Below are positions 1 through 9,129 of a stretch of 64,000 nt of DNA, piece after piece. How positions within the stretch are numbered: position 1 is the first letter of the stretch; each line of letters opens with the position of its first letter. Origin of the DNA: Desulfosudaceae bacterium (GTDB lineage Bacteria > Desulfobacterota > Desulfobacteria > Desulfobacterales > Desulfosudaceae); the NCBI GenBank assembly GCA_963674745.2, contig CAXXDV010000001.1, positions 96,001-160,000 of the forward strand, in the 5' to 3' direction. The notes below the pieces were generated by a model, which was not told the DNA's origin, made no database searches, and saw only the letters and a program-made list of their open reading frames with translations. The position numbers and the translations under genes were made by a program.

Positions 1-75
1 TCGGCACTGGACGCCATTAATCCGGTTGTCGATAAAGTGTGGAACTACTATGCCTCTGCTACACTTAATTTCTAA
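1..75 (+). CDS. C-terminal fragment of a probable outer-membrane beta-barrel protein (DUF3373-like), truncated by the window edge
   Basis: Frame 1 reads SALDAINPVVDKVWNYYASATLNF* (TAA 73-75). The alternating pattern and terminal Phe fit a barrel C-terminus. The family is guessed from its position upstream of the cytochrome genes. Confidence 0.45.
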   Translation, partial: SALDAINPVVDKVWNYYASATLNF

Positions 76-559
76 TCAAGTGAAAAGCGTCGTCGTACTG
101 ATAAAAGATGTTGACCAGCAGATTGAAGGGCTGCGCCTGAGCCTTCTCCAGGATGACATGGAAGTCAAAATGGAAACCGATAAATGGCAGACAAGCTTGG
201 AATTCTGGTCACAAACGACAGATACATGACATATGTGGTAAATATGACGGATGCCGCCTGTGCCAGAAAAAAGAAGGTTTCTGTTTTTTTACCGGCCGGG
301 GGGTTAAGCTGACCCAGACCCCCCTGTTCAAAAAACTGACGACTATTGCGGAGGTGTCTGTCTGCGAGGCCAGTTTTCGGGCGCTGGGTCTTTCAGAAAC
401 CGCCTGCGGTATGGCTTTTAACCAATTTACCTCTCCGGCGTCAAATGCGGAAATGATCAATGGCTGTGACAGGCTGGTGGTGTTTTAGCGCCCTGATATA
501 TGTTTTTTAATTATTTTGATGTATTATAACAAACGAACCAATTGAGGGAGGGAACAATC

Positions 560-889
560 ATGATCAAAAAAACATTTGCATCCATTATGGCCATCATGCT
601 GGTGTTAAGCTTTATCGGCATCTGCCTGGCGTTTGAAGCCGGGAACGAAAGAAAAGGAAAATACCTCTTTCGCAGCAATTGCCGGACTTGTCACAAAGAC
701 GGCGCCGGTGCCGCGGCACTGTCCCCCACCAGCAAGACACAGGCTCAGTGGGAACGGGCCTTTGAAAAATTTGAGCGCCTGGAATGTGCTAAAGAGTGGG
801 AAAAACTTTCCGAAGCCGACAGAAACGATATTCTGACCTATCTTTTCAATCATGCCTTTGATTCACCGTCACCGGCCACCTGTGATTAA
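560..889 (+). CDS. Periplasmic monoheme cytochrome c
   Basis: GGGAGG RBS before ATG 560, signal peptide, single CRTCH heme-binding motif. Confidence 0.85.
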   Translation: MIKKTFASIMAIMLVLSFIGICLAFEAGNERKGKYLFRSNCRTCHKDGAGAAALSPTSKTQAQWERAFEKFERLECAKEWEKLSEADRNDILTYLFNHAFDSPSPATCD

Positions 890-923
890 CTTTTTTAAGT
901 CCGGCAGGACCGTTAAAAATAAA

Positions 924-1065
924 GGGTATCTCTACAAATTAGAATTTTGATTCGAGGTCAAGGCGTGCGAAAATTTTAACCGGAGGAATACATTGAAGTA
1001 TTTCGAGGATTAAAATTTGAGCACAACGCCGACATCGGGCCAAAAGGCAATTTTTAGAGGTGCCC
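924..1065. mobile_element. MITE-like element with imperfect terminal inverted repeats and a 4-bp flanking duplication
   Basis: Ends are GGGTATCTCTACAAATT and AATTTTTAGAGGTGCCC (17 bp, 3 mismatches). TAAA lies at 920-923 and 1066-1069. The interior is self-complementary with no ORF. Confidence 0.65.
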
Positions 1066-1089
1066 TAAAGTGAAAGGACAGACGGTTTG

Positions 1090-2703
1090 ATGTTCTTACC
1101 AAATAAAAAGGCGGTCGTTTTCATCGCCCTGGCCGGTCTAATGTCGCTGATGGTCTTTTCCGGATCATTTGCCGATGAAAGCGAAAAAGCGCCGGGCAGA
1201 ACCATGGCCGACCAGGCGACAAAAGGGATAGAACACTGGTCAACAACGGACCACAGTAAATTTCCGGTGCTTGATCGGGAGTTTAAATCCGGTTCTGAAA
1301 TTACACAAGCGTGCCTTTCCTGCCATACGGAAGCCGAGGAGCAGTTCCATAAGACCATTCACTGGACCTGGTTGTCACCATACGATGTTGACGGCACACT
1401 GGGCAAAGCCGGTTACTCGGTCAACAACTTCTGTGTTTCCGCCAACAAGATGGAAGACAAAGAGTGCTCCCATTGCCATGTGGGTTGGGACGGCAAGGAA
1501 GACGGGATCAACTGCCTGCTGTGCCACAGCCAGAAGGAAATCAGATGGCGGGACGAGTTCGCCGATTACCATTTTTTCATGGAGATGGGGGATCGGGAAA
1601 TCGCCGACGAAATCCAGCAGAAAATCAAGTCCGGCGCCAAGGACATCGGCCTGCCGGAACGCACCCACTGCGGCAGCTGTCACTTTTACGGCGGTGGTGG
1701 TGAAGCGGTCAAACACGGCGACCTGGACGCGTCCCTGATCAATCCCAAGAAAACACTGGACGTCCATATGGGAATCGACGGACAGAATTTCCGTTGTACC
1801 CGATGCCATACGACCAGCTTTCATCGCATTGCCGGACGGGTCTATTCCACGCCCGCCGTAACCCACCGGAAAAGCCTGGTTGAATCGGACCTGGTGCCGA
1901 AAATCATGTGCGAATCCTGCCATACGGCGACGCCCCATAAAAAAGGGCATAAAGCAAATGACCACACCGACCGGGTGGCCTGCCAGAGCTGCCATATCCC
2001 GGAATTCGCCCGTGCCCATGCCACCATGATGTGGTGGGACTGGTCAACGGCCGGGAAATTAAAAGACGGCAAGCCTTACCGGGAAAAAGGGGAATGGGAC
2101 CGGCCGACTTACAAATCGATCAAGGGTACGTTCAGGTGGGACAAGAATGTGACGCCTGAATATTACTGGTATAACGGCTCCCTGTCCACCATCACCGCCA
2201 GGGATGTGATTGACCCGACCCAGCCTGTCTGGCTGAGCAAGCCGGCCGGCAGTCGGGAAGATCCCAATGCCCGTATATTTCCTTTCAAGGTGCATCGAGG
2301 CAACACCCCTTATGACAAGGTTCATAACACCATGCTGACCATGCTCGAGTCAGAAGAAGTAAACGGTTTCTGGAAAACATTCGACTGGCAGGATTCCATG
2401 GAAAAGGGCATGAAAATAATGGATCTGCCCTACTCCGGTGAGATCGGATTTGTGAAAACCAACTATGTTTATCCGACCACTCACATGGTGGCGCCCAAGG
2501 ATAACGTGGTGGACTGCATCGAATGCCACGCGGTCAAAGGCAGCAGGCTGGCATCGCTGACCGAGTTTTATATGCCCGGCCGGGATCACTTCAAATTTTT
2601 GGACATTCTCGGCTGGCTGGGTGTTCTGGCGGCAGCGGGCGGTATTTCGCTGCATGCCACCGGCCGGTATGTGGCAGGAATCACCAGGGGAAAGGAAAAA
2701 TAA
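1090..2703 (+). CDS. Octaheme c-type cytochrome, tetrathionate reductase (OTR) family
   Basis: Eight CxxCH motifs (CLSCH, CSHCH, CLLCH, CGSCH, CTRCH, CESCH, CQSCH, CIECH), family motifs HWTW, GK...NNFC, GGGEAVKHGDLD and WDWSTAG, signal peptide, C-terminal hydrophobic helix. Confidence 0.9.
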   Translation: MFLPNKKAVVFIALAGLMSLMVFSGSFADESEKAPGRTMADQATKGIEHWSTTDHSKFPVLDREFKSGSEITQACLSCHTEAEEQFHKTIHWTWLSPYDVDGTLGKAGYSVNNFCVSANKMEDKECSHCHVGWDGKEDGINCLLCHSQKEIRWRDEFADYHFFMEMGDREIADEIQQKIKSGAKDIGLPERTHCGSCHFYGGGGEAVKHGDLDASLINPKKTLDVHMGIDGQNFRCTRCHTTSFHRIAGRVYSTPAVTHRKSLVESDLVPKIMCESCHTATPHKKGHKANDHTDRVACQSCHIPEFARAHATMMWWDWSTAGKLKDGKPYREKGEWDRPTYKSIKGTFRWDKNVTPEYYWYNGSLSTITARDVIDPTQPVWLSKPAGSREDPNARIFPFKVHRGNTPYDKVHNTMLTMLESEEVNGFWKTFDWQDSMEKGMKIMDLPYSGEIGFVKTNYVYPTTHMVAPKDNVVDCIECHAVKGSRLASLTEFYMPGRDHFKFLDILGWLGVLAAAGGISLHATGRYVAGITRGKEK

Positions 2704-3348
2704 ATGTCAGCCACAATGATGAAAATATACCTTTACACCCGCTATGAACGTTCCTGGCACTGGTTTCAGATGGTATTGATTGCGATTTTGCTGGTTACCG
2801 GTTTTGAAGTTCATGGCACGTTCAGCCTGCTGGGTTATGAAACGGCGGTGCGTATCCATAATGTTGTCGGTATCACCTGGCTGGTCACCTTCGCGTTTTT
2901 TGTTTTCTGGATTTTTACGACCGGAGAATGGAAACAGTATATTCCCACCACCAAAAAAGTGCTGGCCGTTGCGCTTTATTACAGCTACGGCATTTTCCGG
3001 GGCGAACCCCATCCGGTCCCCAAGCAAAAAAACGCCAAGCACAACCCCCTTCAGCGCTTGACCTATCTGGGGCTGGCAGCGGTGCTGCTTCCGGCCCAGA
3101 TGCTCACGGGTGTTTTGTACTGGACCTACAACGCCTGGGCCGGTTGGGGGATTGACGCGCTGACGCTGGGTATGGTGGCCTTTGCTCACACGGCCCTGGC
3201 CTTTGCGGTGCTGATATTTCTAATCGTTCATATCTATATGACCACCACCGGCCACACGATTTTTGCCCATATAAAAGGCATGATAACGGGCTGGGAGGAA
3301 ATCGAAGAAGGCACCCATATAGAGGACTGGGAGCACAAAACCAAATAA
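2704..3348 (+). CDS. Cytochrome b/b6-domain membrane protein (Ni/Fe-hydrogenase or thiosulfate reductase cytochrome b type)
   Basis: Motifs ERSWHW, HN, HNPLQRLTY, FAH and IVHIY; four hydrophobic segments; abuts the octaheme gene. Confidence 0.88.
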   Translation: MSATMMKIYLYTRYERSWHWFQMVLIAILLVTGFEVHGTFSLLGYETAVRIHNVVGITWLVTFAFFVFWIFTTGEWKQYIPTTKKVLAVALYYSYGIFRGEPHPVPKQKNAKHNPLQRLTYLGLAAVLLPAQMLTGVLYWTYNAWAGWGIDALTLGMVAFAHTALAFAVLIFLIVHIYMTTTGHTIFAHIKGMITGWEEIEEGTHIEDWEHKTK

Positions 3349-3350
3349 AA

Positions 3351-4847
3351 TTAATCCGCTTTTGAAAACTGCTCCTCAAACAGCTCGGTGCGGTCAAACG
3401 CCTGCCAGTAGTTGATTGACAGGCTGCGGATGTGGGCGAAATATTCAGGCCCCAGTCCGCCGAAACGATCAATGGCGGCACGGATATCGGCCTTGATGCG
3501 GCGGACATACTCAGGCTTGAGCACCAGGGTCAGAACGACGTCCCCTTTCTGAAATCTGGCGCCGGGGATATTGTCGCCTTCCAGGACCCTGATCGTGCCC
3601 CTTCCCAGGCTGGCCCCGGTGGATACCTGAAGGCCGTCATTCATGCAGCTCAGCGGCGGTTTCAAACCGGCCATTGAGACGACTTTTAAGGTATCAAACG
3701 GGGCATCAAGTATTTCACGGGCCCGGACGCCCATTTTGGCACCGACCAGGGAATAAATCCCCAGGTGACGATGCAGCTCGTTGGTCAGCAGGCAGGCCTT
3801 CCACTCTTCCCGGCCATATCGCGCTATGATATCGTCCACCACAGGCTCGACATCCGGCCGCATCATATCTGCGACCTCGGGAAACACCTTCAATACGACA
3901 CTCCGGCGGGGATCCAGATGGAAATCAGCCGGATTGCCCAGCAACCGGACGTAAGCGCTTTTAACGGCATCCTGATCAAATCCGGTCAATTGAAAGCACC
4001 CGGGGAATTCTTTACAGGGCGCAAAATCAAATGCCGGCATCCGGTTGACGTAAACGACCGCCATCTCATCCCATACGCGCATGTGCCCGTTTGCAATCCG
4101 CTCCCGGACTTCAGGTGTATTGTGCAGTGTTTCAAGCAGTTGGGCCGCTTTCGAATCCGTGGCACAAACCTTCGGGAAAACATCACCCAAAGCAAGGTTA
4201 CGGTTATCCGGGAGGCCAAGCGCGTAAACCGGGACACCGGACCCGAAAACCGTTTTGGCGGCCGCTTTATCCCGCGCGGTGTTCCATCCGGGTGAATCCC
4301 CTTCCGGCGCGCCGCCCGCATAAATTACCCGGTGAATCTTTTTGATTATCTCAGGCTCAATCATGATGGCCTCGGCCAGGTTGGTCATGGGGCCGAGACA
4401 GACATACAGTACCTCGGCATCCGCAGTAATAACGGTTGAAACAATCCGGTCCACGGCGGAGATGTCACCCTGGGCACAATGCGGAACCTGTTGATCCCCG
4501 CAATCCGGCCAGTTCAGCGCCTTGTTTAAAGCCCTGAAGGGCGGCCCCTCCAGAGTCAACTTTTTCCCGCCGGCCACCGGAATATTCGGGTGGTCCAGGC
4601 AACGCAGCAGCCGCTGGATGGATTGTTCGGCATCTTTTGGCGCAAGCACGCCGTCGGAGGTAACGATCAGGCGGATGTCTGCTGTCCCGGCATTCAACAG
4701 CATGGCAATAGCGCGAAGATCGTCCGCCGCCCCGTCCGTGTCGATAATCACCGGCAGGTAAACATCATGAGCCGGCACTGTCACGGGCCATAAAACAACG
4801 GCCAGTATTATTACTTTAAGCAAATTCATCAGGCGATTCACTATCAT
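3351..4847 (-). CDS. Secreted nucleoside hydrolase-like domain fused to a C-terminal FmdE-like domain
   Basis: Signal peptide (VPA/HD). VIIDTDGAADD is the DxDxxxDD motif, followed by LGPMTNLA and WN..RD..AA..VF. The C-terminal ELHRHLG, VGAKMG and SCMNDGLQVSTGASLG resemble FmdE. Confidence 0.75.
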   Translation of the reverse strand: MIVNRLMNLLKVIILAVVLWPVTVPAHDVYLPVIIDTDGAADDLRAIAMLLNAGTADIRLIVTSDGVLAPKDAEQSIQRLLRCLDHPNIPVAGGKKLTLEGPPFRALNKALNWPDCGDQQVPHCAQGDISAVDRIVSTVITADAEVLYVCLGPMTNLAEAIMIEPEIIKKIHRVIYAGGAPEGDSPGWNTARDKAAAKTVFGSGVPVYALGLPDNRNLALGDVFPKVCATDSKAAQLLETLHNTPEVRERIANGHMRVWDEMAVVYVNRMPAFDFAPCKEFPGCFQLTGFDQDAVKSAYVRLLGNPADFHLDPRRSVVLKVFPEVADMMRPDVEPVVDDIIARYGREEWKACLLTNELHRHLGIYSLVGAKMGVRAREILDAPFDTLKVVSMAGLKPPLSCMNDGLQVSTGASLGRGTIRVLEGDNIPGARFQKGDVVLTLVLKPEYVRRIKADIRAAIDRFGGLGPEYFAHIRSLSINYWQAFDRTELFEEQFSKAD

Positions 4848-4862
4848 TTCCTCAACTGTATA

Positions 4863-6815
4863 TTAAAACATTAACGACACACCGGCCATACCGTTGATTC
4901 CGGGCATGGGGTATCCCGGACGATACTCATAGTCGGTGTCCGTCAGGTTCTCTCCGGCCACGAAGACCTTCCCGCTGATCCCATTCTGAGCCAGGCTGAA
5001 ATGATAACTGAGCTTGGCATTGACAACCGTATAGCTGTCCACTGTCAGCGTGTTTTCCGCCGCAGCCTTGCGTACCTGGGAGTTGACATACATTTCATCC
5101 AGGTACTGGACATCGGCGCTGAAGGTGAACTTGTTTAAAAAGCACCAGTTTAATCCCGAGCTCAACGTTGTTTCCGGTGCATAGGGAAGATCGGAAGGAT
5201 CCGAACGCAGAAAGGTGGCGCCGAAAAACAGGGCCAGGTTCTCAGCCGGGTTGATACTGACGGATGCCTCCACGCCCTTGGTCACATATTTTTCCACATT
5301 GTCATATACCGGTTTGGAGGTGATCGGTGGTGTGACAAACACATAACGGTCTTTGCCGTCATTGTAGAACCAGGTCAATTCCACGCGGGCCAGCCGGCCG
5401 AATGTCCGGGCGATGCCTGCTTCATAATGATCCATTATTTCAGGATCCAGGTCTTTCCAGCTCTCCTGGAGCATGGGGATCACCTCTTCGGAAAAAGCCA
5501 CCACATCCAGCCCGGGATAAACCACCCCGCGGGAATAACCGGCATGACAGGTCAACGCGTCAAATTGAACCAGAAGCCCTGCGTGAGGCGCGTATTTTTC
5601 ACCGAAATCCGAATTATCATAATATCGGACACCGGCCGAAGGCGTGACGGTCAGTCCGTCTTTATCGCCAATCGTATGGCTGACGGCCGCATACGGGGAA
5701 ACCATGGTAAAGTCATGACCGTCCCAGTGGTCCGTTGTTCCGTCGGAAAAATATTTCCGGTAATCTCCATCCGTGCATTCCCAGTCCAGGCCGGTAATGA
5801 TTTCCCCGCCCGCCCAGGGGGAAAAGGCTTCTCTTGACTTTACGCCGTAAAACTCAAAATCATTATACAGGTCCTCAAAAACGCCATCGGTCTCCGTCGG
5901 CTGATCCAGCCAGTCACCCTCACCGGCATTCCGATAAAACTTGATAAACCCGTCGGCACCGGCAAAGCGGTTGGTCAGCGTAAGCGTCACCAGACCGGCC
6001 GAAGTTTCATATGTCCCCTCGCGCTCTGTTGCCAGAGCCCCTTCCTGCCCCGGGTCCTCGGCGGAATTATCCGAATACAAACCCAGAAAATTGATTCCCC
6101 AGTAATCGCTCAGTTGATATCCGAACCGGCCGTATACATTACCGGTCTCTCCTTCGGAGTGGCTCCGGTGACCGTCGGAACGGTGGTAACCGCCGCTGAT
6201 AAAATAATCTGACCGCTCAAAACGTCCGCTGTTCTGCGCTTTGGCAATGGCTGTATCATAGCTGCCGGCGGCAATTTCAATGGTGGACGACACGCCTTCC
6301 GCCGTGCCGTACCGGGGAACAATATTAACGGCGGCCACGGCATTGCCGAAATTCTGGGGCTGAGGATTTTTGTACACTTCAACGGAACGGGCCATATCAA
6401 TGGCCATCAGGTCCATGAGCGGATGGTTCCAGATACTCATGTACATGGGGACACCATCGATAAAGGTTTTGATCTCGGCTCCCGGACGGCTGGACCCCAT
6501 GCCGCGAATAAACACGGCCCCGCCTTCGCCGCCGCCGAAAGAACCGACCGGGTTATAGCGAGAAATATTCACACCCGGTGTTTTCCGCAAAGCCGCCGTT
6601 ATGTCCTGGGCATTTAAATCATCAATCTGCTCTTCAGAAACCAGGGTTTTCTGGCCGGCATACCGGTCGACCAGATTGCCTTCGATAATGGGTGAGGCGA
6701 CCACATGCATATCATCCAGTTGACAGGCTTCTTCCGCCATAACCGGCCCGGCCGCCAGCAGGCAGATAAAAAACCCGGTCAGTGTTTTATTGATTATGAA
6801 ACCACGCCTTAACAT
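4863..6815 (-). CDS. TonB-dependent receptor
   Basis: Signal peptide, TonB-box-like DDMHVVAS, plug motifs LRKTPGV, FIRGMG and IDGVPM, barrel end ENLTD..Y..PGYPMPG...F, strong AGGAGG RBS. Confidence 0.92.
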   Translation of the reverse strand: MLRRGFIINKTLTGFFICLLAAGPVMAEEACQLDDMHVVASPIIEGNLVDRYAGQKTLVSEEQIDDLNAQDITAALRKTPGVNISRYNPVGSFGGGEGGAVFIRGMGSSRPGAEIKTFIDGVPMYMSIWNHPLMDLMAIDMARSVEVYKNPQPQNFGNAVAAVNIVPRYGTAEGVSSTIEIAAGSYDTAIAKAQNSGRFERSDYFISGGYHRSDGHRSHSEGETGNVYGRFGYQLSDYWGINFLGLYSDNSAEDPGQEGALATEREGTYETSAGLVTLTLTNRFAGADGFIKFYRNAGEGDWLDQPTETDGVFEDLYNDFEFYGVKSREAFSPWAGGEIITGLDWECTDGDYRKYFSDGTTDHWDGHDFTMVSPYAAVSHTIGDKDGLTVTPSAGVRYYDNSDFGEKYAPHAGLLVQFDALTCHAGYSRGVVYPGLDVVAFSEEVIPMLQESWKDLDPEIMDHYEAGIARTFGRLARVELTWFYNDGKDRYVFVTPPITSKPVYDNVEKYVTKGVEASVSINPAENLALFFGATFLRSDPSDLPYAPETTLSSGLNWCFLNKFTFSADVQYLDEMYVNSQVRKAAAENTLTVDSYTVVNAKLSYHFSLAQNGISGKVFVAGENLTDTDYEYRPGYPMPGINGMAGVSLMF

Positions 6816-6879
6816 ATTGTCCTCCTTTTAAAATGTGTCCGTTAAAGTGCGTGCCTTTTCAAGGCGGGCTTTTTAAAAC

Positions 6880-6927
6880 AAAAAAGCCACAAAGGCACCG
6901 TTTTCCGGTGTTAAACCTTCATGGCTT
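6880..6927 (-). terminator. Intrinsic terminator / attenuator hairpin in the 5' leader of the TonB receptor operon
   Basis: Minus strand reads AAGCCATGAAGG-TTTAA-CACCG-GAAAA-CGGTG-CCTTTGTGGCTT followed by a T run. It lies between a TTGACA promoter and the start codon. Confidence 0.65.
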
Positions 6928-7010
6928 ATTTAACAGTCCGATTTTTATAAAAAATATTTTAACGCATGAATAGACGCCAGCGTAATTTCGTATTGCGCAT
7001 ATGCTCATTT

Positions 7011-7040
7011 TTTTTACCAAACGGATACTTTGCCTGTCAA
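7011..7040 (-). promoter_or_regulatory. Putative sigma70 promoter of the TonB receptor operon
   Basis: TTGACA at 7040-7035, a 17-18 nt spacer, then a weak -10 (GTAAAA or TAAAAA). Confidence 0.45.
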
Positions 7041-7070
7041 TAAAAAAATCAGACTATGGACCAACGGTTT

Positions 7071-7910
7071 TTATTCTTTTCTGACAATAACCACATCCTG
7101 GTTTTCCAGCGCGTCCGGCCTTCCTGACCATGATCCATAGTATACAGGCGCCGAAAGCGTCAGCCCGGTTTCCCGCAGGAGCCGCTGTATCTGGGGTTCT
7201 GAAAAGGCAATGGCCCTTTCCGGTGTCCGCCCGTCAATCGTGTAACCATCCGCGAGTTTTATGTTAAAATTCTGAGACGATTGGCCGGCGGCCGTCAGGC
7301 GGTCGGTTGTTTCGTCGACAATAAAGAAATTCAGCCAGGCCCGGCCGTTCTGCTTAAGAGCCCTTCTAATTTCTGACAGGTAGTGCCGCACTTCGTTCTC
7401 CCTCATGTGGGTGAATACGGATGTGGCAAAAGCAAAATCAATACTTTCATCATCGCATGGGAACACATAATCAACGGCGGAAATGCTGCCCCGGGGATTG
7501 TATTCTTTATTATAAATATCCGCGTAAAAAAAACAAAACCGTTGATTCAGGGAGCCGATGCGCTTTCGGCACCATCCAACGGCTTTTTGAGAAATATCAA
7601 ATCCAATATAACCGCCGTCTGTATCCAGGTACCCAAGCAGTGGCACGGCCATTCGGCCCGTTCCGCAGCCGATATCCAATACCGTTTCACCCGGTTTGAG
7701 GCCGCAAATACGGACAAAATGATCAACAAACGTCTGACCGATGACTTTAAAATCTCCGCCACCGACATAATGCAGGGCCCTGGGAGGCGTCAGGCTGTCC
7801 GCGGTGCCTCGAACCCTGTCCCCGGCATCCAGCACCGCCAGCCGGATATTTCTCAGCCATCTGACCAGGGGCCGGGGAAAAGCGTTGATATACTTTTCGA
7901 ACGCAAGCAT
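7071..7910 (-). CDS. Class I SAM-dependent methyltransferase
   Basis: VLDIGCGTGR motif I, YIGFDIS and DFAFATSVFTH. Confidence 0.9.
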   Translation of the reverse strand: MLAFEKYINAFPRPLVRWLRNIRLAVLDAGDRVRGTADSLTPPRALHYVGGGDFKVIGQTFVDHFVRICGLKPGETVLDIGCGTGRMAVPLLGYLDTDGGYIGFDISQKAVGWCRKRIGSLNQRFCFFYADIYNKEYNPRGSISAVDYVFPCDDESIDFAFATSVFTHMRENEVRHYLSEIRRALKQNGRAWLNFFIVDETTDRLTAAGQSSQNFNIKLADGYTIDGRTPERAIAFSEPQIQRLLRETGLTLSAPVYYGSWSGRPDALENQDVVIVRKE

Positions 7911-7973
7911 ACTGTGTTATCCTTGTTGTCGCTTTTTACGGGTCCTCAAACACGTTGATATAAGGTTGACGCT

Positions 7974-8978
7974 ATGAAACGTTTACATAAATTATTGCCG
8001 AATGCAAACGTCTTTCCTGCCCTGGCGACCGTGCTGTTTTTAACAGCCCTCTGCGCATGTAACATATTACCGGAAAAAAAGTTGTATGGCGATCCCACCC
8101 CAATACCGGAAGGGCAATCCCCGGTGGATGTGGTTCGAATTATTCAAAATGAATTCATCCAGCTGAAAAAACCGATCTTAAAAAAAATCAGGCATCACAA
8201 ACAATGGAAAAAACGCAGATTTGCGGATTCGACATACACCTACGGCCCTTTTGAGGAAGTGGTGCTGACCCGTGAAGCGTATGCTTTCTATAAAAAGCAT
8301 ACCGCCAGAGAGATATTCACCGCCGTGACCCCCCTGTTGTTTGATTCCCGTATCGGCGGAGAAGTCGCCGTCCTGCTCTCCGGCATCCCCGCAAAAAACC
8401 TGGAATCCGCCTCACGCCGCCATGCCGGCGACCTCTTGCTGGAAATGGGATATGCATCTCCGGAAAATAAGGGGGCCTGGGATATTACAAGCTATAAGGG
8501 CAGCAGCTTAATCGGTTATCCCGGAGTCTATCATGATGCTTATGAAATGCCGGTTGAAGGCACCCTGGATTACGCCATTTATTCGGTGTTAAAAGAAGAA
8601 TACAGCGTCCGCAAACATCCCAAAAAGGAATACTTTGAACCGTTTGCTGCCAAGCTTGAAGGCAAAACGTTTAAAACCCTGGATGAATTCATAAAGACAG
8701 ACATGAAGCCCCGACCGTCAGAAGAATTCGCACAATTTCTTGCCATCCATTCCGATCTTTTCTCATCAACTGTTTTGCTGGCCTCGGTGCGGAACAATTC
8801 AATCGCACTGATGTGGTCATTGGGTCTTGAAAATGAATTCTGGCCTCGCTCTATCTATGACGCCGCGTTTGATCACACGCCATTCCGGATGGATAAATTC
8901 AGACGCCAGATGCGGCAAATGGAAGACACCTTTTTACAAACAGCCGGAACACGGATTTATCAGGCTTATAAAAAATAA
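7974..8978 (+). CDS. Hypothetical lipoprotein
   Basis: 334-aa ORF with a hydrophobic leader ending in lipobox-like ALCAC; no domain recognised. Confidence 0.6.
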   Translation: MKRLHKLLPNANVFPALATVLFLTALCACNILPEKKLYGDPTPIPEGQSPVDVVRIIQNEFIQLKKPILKKIRHHKQWKKRRFADSTYTYGPFEEVVLTREAYAFYKKHTAREIFTAVTPLLFDSRIGGEVAVLLSGIPAKNLESASRRHAGDLLLEMGYASPENKGAWDITSYKGSSLIGYPGVYHDAYEMPVEGTLDYAIYSVLKEEYSVRKHPKKEYFEPFAAKLEGKTFKTLDEFIKTDMKPRPSEEFAQFLAIHSDLFSSTVLLASVRNNSIALMWSLGLENEFWPRSIYDAAFDHTPFRMDKFRRQMRQMEDTFLQTAGTRIYQAYKK

Positions 8979-8981
8979 ATA

Positions 8982-9126
8982 GGGGTTCGGGGTTCAGGGT
9001 TTGCAATCCAAACCGATTTTTTCATGTAGGGGCACCCCCCTGTGGGTGCCCTTTCATCGTGCGGCCACAGGGGGCCTTCCCCCACATAATCACCTAAACA
9101 CTTAAACACTTAATCACCCAACCACG
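8982..9126. repeat. Composite repeat island: 7-mer G/T arm, GTAG-REP doublet, 8-mer C/A arm
   Basis: GGGGTTC-type repeats, GTAGGGGCACCCCCCTGTGGGTGCCC at 9026, then AATCACCT, AAACACTT and similar octamers. Confidence 0.75.
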
Positions 9127-9129
9127 CCA

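Noticed and set aside
64..488. ORFs 26-229, 153-488 and 209-460; the minus frame of 209-460 stays open past its TGA (selenoprotein or pseudogene?)
   Set aside because: No recognisable domain, redox motif, clear SECIS or RBS; not supportable from sequence alone.
6816..7070. Cobalamin riboswitch or NikR operator upstream of the TonB receptor
   Set aside because: I found no B12-box or GGGAA core motifs and no convincing spaced NikR palindrome by eye. Reported instead as an unclassified attenuator.
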